A model generated the notes under the pieces. The model searched no databases, was not told the DNA's origin, and worked only from the letters and a program-made list of their open reading frames with translations. A DNA stretch of 64,000 nucleotides, taken from positions 14,322,001 through 14,386,000 of the forward strand of contig OZ024761.1 of NCBI GenBank assembly GCA_964016885.1, given 5' to 3'. This document shows positions 55,913-64,000 of the stretch, piece after piece (the first letter of the stretch is position 1; every line of letters begins with the position of its first letter). The position numbers and the translations under genes are program-made. This DNA is from Eledone cirrhosa (taxonomy: Eukaryota).

Positions 55913-56360
55913 GGTGGATTGGCAGTATCGGTAGAGGGTCAGACGCCATGCTTTGAAGCATAGAGTTACGTCCCTTTACGATCTGAGTTCAAATCCCGCC
56001 GAGGTTGACTTTGCCTTTCATCCTTACGGGGTCGATAAAATAAAGTACCAGTAATGCATTGGTATAATTGCTGGTCTTGTGCCTAAAGTAGAAACAATTC
56101 CTTTCATCGTTACGGGGTCGATAAAATAAAGTACCAGTAATGCACTGGGTAATTTGCTGGCCTTGTGCCTAAAGTAGAAACAATTCCTTTCATCCTTACG
56201 GGGGTCGATAAAATAAAGTACCAGTAATGCACTGAGTATTTGCTGGCCTTGTGCCTAAAGTAGAAACAATTCCTTTCATCGTTATGGGGGTCGATAAAAT
56301 AAAGTACCAGTAATGCACTGGGTAATTTGCTGGCCTTGTGCCTAAAGTAGAAACAATTAT
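55913..56360 (+). mobile_element. Family C SINE with its 3' part tandemly repeated four times (about 86 bp)
   Basis: Head with gagttcaaatccc, then cctttcatccttacggggtcgataaaataaagtaccagt...gtagaaacaatt repeated. Confidence 0.82.
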
Positions 56361-57374
56361 CATCATCTTATCTCTATATATATAGCTACTTTTTCCCAAC
56401 CCAGTTCTCAAACCAATTTCTAAAAAGACACATTTTTCTCCCATTGTTCGCACCATGGTCATTGTGTGATTGTGGATGTCATACAGTTCACACACCAACT
56501 GAGCCAACAACATGACATCGTTGGTGCTGTTCTGGTTGTTGTAGCTGGTCTTATTGCTGCCATTGACGGTGGTGATGACGTTGTAGGGGAATGATGACGG
56601 CAGTGGTGATAGTGATTGTTGGTAGTGACAGTGGTGGTGGTGGTGGTGGTGGTAGTAGTGGTGATGGTTACCGCAGTGGTAGTGGTGGTGGTGGTGGTGG
56701 TGGTGGTGGTGGTGGTTACCGCAGTGGTAGTGGTGGTGGTGGTGGTGGGTGGTAGTAGTGGTGATGGTTACCGCAGTGGTAGTGGTGGTTGTGGTGGTGG
56801 TGGTGTGGTGGTGGTTGGTGGTAGTTTGTAGTAGTGGTGATGGTTACTGCAGTGGTGGCGGTAGTGGTGGTGGTGGTGGTAGTTGTAGTAGTGGTGATGG
56901 TTACTGCAGTGGTGGTGGTGGTGGTGGTAGTAGTAGTAGTGGTGATTGGTTACCGCAGTGGTGGTGGTGGTGGTGGTGGTGGTGGTGGTGGTTGTAGTAG
57001 TGGTGATGGTTACTGCAGTGGTGGTGGTGGTGGTGGTGGTAGTAGTAGTGGTGATGGTTACCGCAGTGGTGGTGGTGGTGGTGGTGGTGGTGGTGGTGGT
57101 GGTGGTAAGTAGTAGTGGTGATGGTTACCGCAGTGGTGGTGGTGGTGGTGGTGGTGGTGGTGGTGGTAGTAGTAGTGGTGATGGTTACCGCAGTGGTGGT
57201 GGTGGCTGGTGGTGGTAGTAGTAGTGGTGATGGTTACTGCAGTGGTGGTGGTGGTGGTAGCCGTCGTTAGTCGTAGTAGTAATAAATAGTCAATTTGAGT
57301 CGTCGACGTCATAAGACAATTTATTGTGTTGGATTGGTACTTTATTTATCGACCTGATACGCGATGAGGCCCAC

Positions 57375-57800
57375 CCCATAGCCCCGACGGACAGAATGGA
57401 GAAGGCGTTTCCCCGGAGCACGGCAAGGGAGATGCGCACGGTAAAGCCACTCCAACTCGCGGGGGCTCACACCTGCGGCTGGCCAGCTCAGCGCCTATGG
57501 TGTGTGAGTAAAGGGAGGTAGCCCCTGGGGCCGAGGATACCAGAAGTCTCTACTGCCAGGGGAACGACCGCAAACATGTCGGTAGAGACGACTGTTATTT
57601 GAGGGAGTTTGGCCTCCTCAGCCCGACGTGCAGCAGAGAACCTGGGTCAGTCGCAGACTGCTCCAGGTTGCGGCTGCAGAAAGTGTCGGTGCAAAGTGGC
57701 ATCCCAGACGAGGGGTTTGCCACCGCGAAACGGGAAGCTGGTCATGCCATCTGGCCTTTTGCCGTCCCTCGATCCAGCCCCACCGGATCCAGCTGGAAAA
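57375..57800 (-). pseudogene. Frameshifted restriction-like endonuclease domain of a CRE-type non-LTR retrotransposon
   Basis: Minus strand read across frameshifts: LDPVGLDRG.DGKRPDGMTSFPFRGGKPLVWDAT.CTDTF...AARRAEEAK...VPLAVETSGILGP...RISLAVLRGNAFSIL. Confidence 0.8.
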
Positions 57801-57960
57801 CCCTTTGTGTATTTTTTTTTCATCTTGATTTAATTCACAGAATTTTTTTTTTTCCTTGGGAAAAAAATAACATTTCACAGTGAAGAATGTTTCCAGATCT
57901 TTCTATCATTTTCTTTGTCATTCTTCTTTTCTTTTCTTAAGTCGAGCTTTTTCTGAAAAT

Positions 57961-57991
<31 letters not shown>

Positions 57992-57995
<4 letters not shown>

Positions 57996-58247
57996 TGTAA
58001 TAAACAACATAGGGCAATTATTACATTTATTGATATTGGATTCTAAAAAGGGATTTTAGAATCCAATATCAATAAATAGACCAGGATTTTTTTCATTCTG
58101 ATGATTGAAAGCAAATTTTTTTGCTTTTAAGAAACCACTGGTAAATGGAATAATTGCCTTATGTTGTTTATTACATAACATATTAAGCTCTGTTACCTAC
58201 ATAGAGCACTCTTTCTTCCTGGACTTTTCCGACGGAATTACTTCATT

Positions 58248-58248
<1 letters not shown>
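57992..58248 (+). mobile_element. PLE-type fold-back element with intact hammerhead motif
   Basis: Hairpin apex at 58025-58077; (TA)n on both sides. Confidence 0.75.
58091..58150 (+). ncRNA. Type I hammerhead ribozyme motif
   Basis: tttcatt-CTGATGA-ttgaaagcaaa/tttt/tttgcttttaa-GAAA-ccactgg-TA-aatggaa; 7-bp stem I, 11-bp stem II. Confidence 0.85.
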
Positions 58249-58296
<48 letters not shown>

Positions 58297-58338
58297 TATA
58301 TATGTATGTATATATGTATATATATATATGTATGTATG

Positions 58339-58398
<60 letters not shown>

Positions 58399-58727
58399 TA
58401 TATATATATATGTGTGTGTGTGTGTGTATGTGTATATATATATACTTATATATATATATACATACATACATATATATATACATATATACATACATACATA
58501 TATAAATATACATATAAGCATACATATATACATATATATAATTTGCATTTTTACATTCCTTTGTAAATTTGTTCATTGGAAATCTTTTATGTGTGAAGAC
58601 ATAAAACTTATTGCGCAACTCTTTAACAAAAGTCATGGCTTGTTGGCATGCCTACGCATGTTGTGTGTGTATATATATATATGTATTATATATATAAATA
58701 TATATATATATGTATATATATATATAT

Positions 58728-58814
<87 letters not shown>

Positions 58815-58835
58815 GTTATATATATATATATTATG

Positions 58836-59054
<219 letters not shown>

Positions 59055-59055
59055 G

Positions 59056-59086
<31 letters not shown>

Positions 59087-59233
59087 GTATATATATATAT
59101 TATATGTATATATATATATGTATATATATATATGTATATATATATATATGTATATTATATATGTATATATATATATGTATTATATATATATGTATATATA
59201 TATATGTATATATATATATGTATATATATATTA

Positions 59234-59307
<74 letters not shown>

Positions 59308-59379
59308 GTATATATATATATATATTATGTATATATATATATGTATATAATATATATATATATATATGTATATTATATG

Positions 59380-59480
<101 letters not shown>

Positions 59481-59489
59481 GTTATATAT

Positions 59490-59556
<67 letters not shown>

Positions 59557-59557
59557 T

Positions 59558-59595
<38 letters not shown>

Positions 59596-59624
59596 TGTAT
59601 TTATATATATATATATATATATAT

Positions 59625-59816
59625 ATAGGAACCAGTAAGACCCCGACAGCTGAGCTCAAGCCGTTTCGACGGCTAATTCTCATGAGAATTAGCCGTCGAA
59701 ACGGCTTGAGCTCAGCTGTCGGGGTCTTACTGGTTCCTATTACCCACTCTACTACCTCAAGTATTGAGTACTTTGGTGCGTTATGGTCCACCTGGTTCCT
59801 TACCACATTTCCTTCG

Positions 59817-59820
<4 letters not shown>
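59625..59820 (+). mobile_element. PLE-type fold-back: perfect 116-bp palindrome plus 3' extension
   Basis: 59625-59740 is a perfect palindrome centred on 59682/59683; contains GAAA-cggc..gctg-TC. Confidence 0.85.
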
Positions 59821-59862
<42 letters not shown>

Positions 59863-59894
59863 ATATATATAGATATATAGATATAGATATATAC

Positions 59895-59937
<43 letters not shown>

Positions 59938-60320
59938 TATATATGTGTATGTGTATGTGTATATATGTGTGTGTGTATGTGGGGTGTGTAATGACAATGT
60001 TTGACTACACACCTTGCTTCTATTGACTTCTTGACTTCAAAGGAATTACTCTGACGTGAAATTAAGCAGAGTCACAATATTTCTGTTATTTAGCCCTGGG
60101 CTGGCAATGGTTAAAGATAGCCAAGTCATTACCAGAGAGAGAGAGAGGGGGGGGGAGATAGACTGAGAAGAGAGAGAGAGCAAGTGTGTGTATGAGAGAG
60201 AGAAGCAAGTGTGTGTGTGTGTGTGTGTGTGTATGAGAGAGAGAGAGAGAAAGAAAGCAAGTGTGTGTGTGTGTATGAGAGAGAGAGAGAGAGAGAGAAA
60301 GCAAGTGTTTATGTGTGTAT

Positions 60321-60384
<64 letters not shown>

Positions 60385-60447
60385 AAGTGTTTGTGTGTGT
60401 ATGAGAGAGAGAGAGAGAGATAGAAAGCAAGTGTTTGTGTGTGTATG

Positions 60448-60481
<34 letters not shown>

Positions 60482-60628
60482 GGAGAGAGAAAGCAAGTGT
60501 ATGTGTGTGAATGAGAGAGAGAGAGGGAGGGACAGAGAAAGAAAGAGTGTGAATGTGTGGGAGTGGTAGAGAGAGTGAGTGAATGTGCGCAGGTGTGTCG
60601 AGTGAAATAGAGTGAGATGTAGAGAGAG

Positions 60629-60666
<38 letters not shown>

Positions 60667-61019
60667 TATGTGTGTCTGTGTGTGTGTTTATGTGTATGTG
60701 TGTATGTGTGTGTATGTGTCTGTGGAGTGTGTGAGTGAGGTAGAGAGAGAGATGGGCGATGTGGTTAATGTAGAGGTAAAGAAAGAGGTTGAGGTAGTGA
60801 GAGAAAGAAGAGAAAGAGGTGGGAAGTAGAGAGAAAGACAAGGAGAGAGTGTGCCATAGAGGTAGAGAGATACGGAGAGGTAGAGATAGGTAAAAAAAAG
60901 ATGATGTGATGTAGAGAGGTAGAGAGAGATAGAGAGATGAGGGAGAGAGAGAGGGGTAAAGCAGATGTGGTGGAGATGTGGCAAGTTCAGCCAATTCTAT
61001 ATTAACAGCACTATTCGAC

Positions 61020-61440
61020 CCTTACATCTCCGAATTAAAGAGCTCATCAACACTAACCCTTCTTCCTTCTGCAAACACATCATCAAATGCGGAAAAGGAA
61101 GCAAATAGAAAATAACCGCCATCATCTTGGCTACCGTCTACAAAGATTTCTTGGATCGACTTCGAAAACGGCTCCAGCGAGTCCGAAAGGACATTGCAGG
61201 GAGGTTGGGTACAGCATGACGATAACAGCACTTTCAATTAGAGAATTTCTGGCTAAGAAAAACATTCCCACCTTTCCGCATCCTCTCTACAGTACAAAAC
61301 ATACAAACAGTTATAACCTCTCGAGCTAAGCACGCTCACAGAAAATGACTTCTGATACTGCTGCGACCAAGGAAAAATACGTTGGAACCACTATGTAAAC
61401 ATTCAAGGGCTGAATTTTGAATGAGATAATTTGTAATTTC
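61020..61440 (+). mobile_element. Mariner-like remnant
   Basis: ALSIREFLAKKNIPTFPHPLYS resembles the region before HPPYSPDL. Confidence 0.45.
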
Positions 61441-61579
61441 ACGTACGTCTAATATATTGGTTCGTCAAGTACGAAATTTGTAGTGAGGTATTAACAAACT
61501 TTGTTTTTTTCTACACATTTCATACTTGACAATCCAATACATTTAAAACATCAGTACCTTTACTTTTGGGACAAACTTC

Positions 61580-61625
<46 letters not shown>

Positions 61626-61628
<3 letters not shown>

Positions 61629-61973
61629 AAGAGGACGACTGACCAACTAGCTGCTTTCACCTCGGTCAGGAGTTGTGGTAAGGAACCAGATGGACCATAA
61701 CGCACCAGAGTACTCAATACTTAGGGTAGTAGAGTGGGTAATAGGAGAAAGTATGACCCCGACGCCAGAGCTCAAGCCGTTTCGACAGCTATTTCTGAGT
61801 CCAGAAATAGCCGTCGAAACGGCTTGAGCTCTGCCGTCGGGGTCATACTTTCTCCTATTACTCACTCTACTACCCTAAGTATTGAGTACTCTGGTGCGTT
61901 ATGGTCCATCTGGTTCCTTACCACAACTCCTGACCGAGGTGAAAGCAGTTAGTTGGTCAGTCGTCCTCTTTGT
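61626..61973. mobile_element. PLE-type fold-back element, 172-bp arms and 4-nt loop
   Basis: 61626-61797 versus 61802-61973, few mismatches; same family as 59625. Confidence 0.85.
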
Positions 61974-62028
61974 CTTTGATTTTCGGATCCATGGATTTTA
62001 TCTGTTATGTTCCTTTGTTATATTTCGA

Positions 62029-62086
62029 ATACCTGATGATATCACCAGATTCATACGGAACCCGGACATTGAAATGATCATAGTAT
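62029..62086 (+). ncRNA. Minimal hammerhead motif (degenerate stem II)
   Basis: atac-CTGATGA-31 nt-GAAA-tgatca-TA-gtat. Confidence 0.6.
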
Positions 62087-62286
62087 AATAAACCTTTCAA
62101 GGATTTACACCAGTCCAGCCTCCTGTTATTTCATATATATATATATATATATTTATTTATTAAAATAACAGATTAAAGTTTAAGCAAAGAATCGCTTAAA
62201 TATTTGCTCTAGGGTTCTTATATATTTGATATATATTTATCCTTATCGAGCCCTCTTTGGATTTTAGTCTTCACATTTATTATTAT

Positions 62287-62332
<46 letters not shown>

Positions 62333-62350
62333 AACTGCTTCGTAGAATTC

Positions 62351-62426
62351 AGACATATCTGAGGATCTTGCGATTTTAGAGTCAGATTTGATCATTGGTC
62401 GCCAGGGAAACGATTGTATTATGTCT
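62351..62426 (+). ncRNA. Type I hammerhead motif in a (TA)n-flanked element (62328-62552)
   Basis: agacatat-CTGAGGA-tcttgcga...tcgccagg-GAAA-cgattg-TA-ttatgtct. Confidence 0.7.
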
Positions 62427-62548
62427 AATAAATCTTATTCGTCGCACCACTGATTCTCCGTTTCTTATGTGATATTATACTCTGCTCTGTAAGAGCATCG
62501 AGTGCTCAAACTGCATACCGCTTACGGACGCTTTAAGCATCCCACACC

Positions 62549-62625
<77 letters not shown>

Positions 62626-62840
62626 TAGATAGATATATAGATATCTTTCTATATGTATGTATATATAGAGAGATAGATATATATATAGATATCTTTCTTT
62701 ATTTGCCACAGGGGCGTACAAATAAGGGACATTACAAGACGTGACGGCGGAGGTTTTACATAAAAATCATATAACTTTAACATAAATAAATAACGATAAA
62801 CTTATATATAATAAAATAGATAGATAGATGGATGTGTATT

Positions 62841-62889
<49 letters not shown>

Positions 62890-63067
62890 AATGCAATGCA
62901 ATGTTGTATCTAAAGTAACACATTTGTATATATAGTGGGTTGTGTAGTTTTTGTAGTGCCTGCAGTGCAAGGCAAGATAAGGATGCTCTGTCATGGAATA
63001 GACTACTACAGGAATTAACAACAACAACAACAATATAAAACCAATATGTCTGAAAGACCATGTAGTG

Positions 63068-63874
63068 CAGAGGTTCTCAAACTTTTTGCTCCAAGCTCAT
63101 GGCCACACAATACCCTCAGCCCCCCCATCCTATTTCCAGAGAGAACTGTCTACACGCAAATTGTAAATAACATAATAAATAAATCGTTAATTTATATATA
63201 ATAAATAATATAACATATACTATGTAAAAATAAATACTATATATTTTTTCTTTTACTATATTTATATATAATATGCATCATTTGATATCTAATATACTAT
63301 AATATCAGGTCACTCTCGAGTACTACTTGTAGCGTGTAACCCAGAAAAAACTGTCGCATGGCTGGGTCCTCGGCAACTAAACTCGGCAACTAAACCGGCA
63401 ACACCACCAAGTTTACTTGATGAGGAGGGTGATTTTCGGCACCCTGCAGGACAAAAAACAAAACCTGACAAAGGGCGGAAGAACTCATAAGAGTTCATAT
63501 CAATGGATGGCAGTAGTTCCAGCTGCACGCATTGAAAGACTGATGTAGTGGTTCTGAGAACAATGCAAACAGACAATGGAAAGGTGTTCCCACTCTAGTT
63601 AGAAGAGAACTATTGTCCTTCAGGAGAAGCAGCGACCCCTGATTGTATTCAGCAACCGAAACAAATATGAAGTACGCCAAATCCAATGCTCCTAGGGGTG
63701 GCCCTGGTTCTTCTTATTTGCGAGTGTAAAGTCGGCATATTAGATTTGATTAGCTATAACATCATCTCTACTGCCCTCCCCAGCGCCTCCTTAGGCCCCA
63801 ACACCTCCTTGGTCATTCTCAACGCCCCCTCCCCCATAGGGGAGGGGATTAGAGGCCCACTTTGAGAACCTATG
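63068..63874. mobile_element. Possible non-autonomous hAT-type element
   Basis: TIR pair cagaggttctcaaa / tttgagaacctatg; TSD not well preserved. Confidence 0.5.
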
Positions 63875-64000
63875 ATCTATACTGCACGTGTGGAGCCAAT
63901 GACATGAGGTCCAGGAAACGACAACCGAATAACCGATTATTCGAACACTTTGAAAACAGCGTCGGCTTCGAACGCATTGTTTCAACACAAAGAAATATTT

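Noticed and set aside
57360-57820. Structured pol III ncRNA (telomerase, MRP or 7SK-like) followed by a T-run
   Set aside because: Several hairpins can be drawn, but no template or conserved motifs are present and the minus strand reads as an RLE endonuclease
63310-63686. Short ORFs inside the putative hAT element
   Set aside because: No recognisable transposase or other domain motif

Overview
Eukaryotic, AT- and microsatellite-rich genomic DNA. The repeat content suggests a coleoid cephalopod such as Octopus (inference only). Positions 257-37764 (+) hold a complete 23-exon gene for mitochondrial isoleucyl-tRNA synthetase (IARS2). I traced all GT-AG junctions by hand in consistent phase, giving a 3039-nt CDS (1012 aa) with HVGH and KMSKS motifs. 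Introns and downstream DNA contain an apparently intact RTE LINE (1022-aa ORF), two Penelope-like elements (PLEs) with inverted pseudo-LTRs, RTE-tailed tRNA SINEs, piggyBac-type MITEs, mariner/CR1/CRE remnants and several minisatellites. The main non-ORF signal is a set of type I hammerhead ribozyme (HHR) motifs. A near-perfect 310-bp tandem array (52621-55259, at least 8.5 copies, cut by an assembly gap) has one HHR per unit on the minus strand, inside a highly base-paired monomer, and is anchored in a 5-kb (TA)n tract. This is the architecture of a non-LTR retrozyme that would yield circular RNA. About ten further HHR motifs lie in PLE pseudo-LTRs and small (TA)n-flanked fold-back elements. 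Most long ORFs in the supplied track are microsatellite artefacts.
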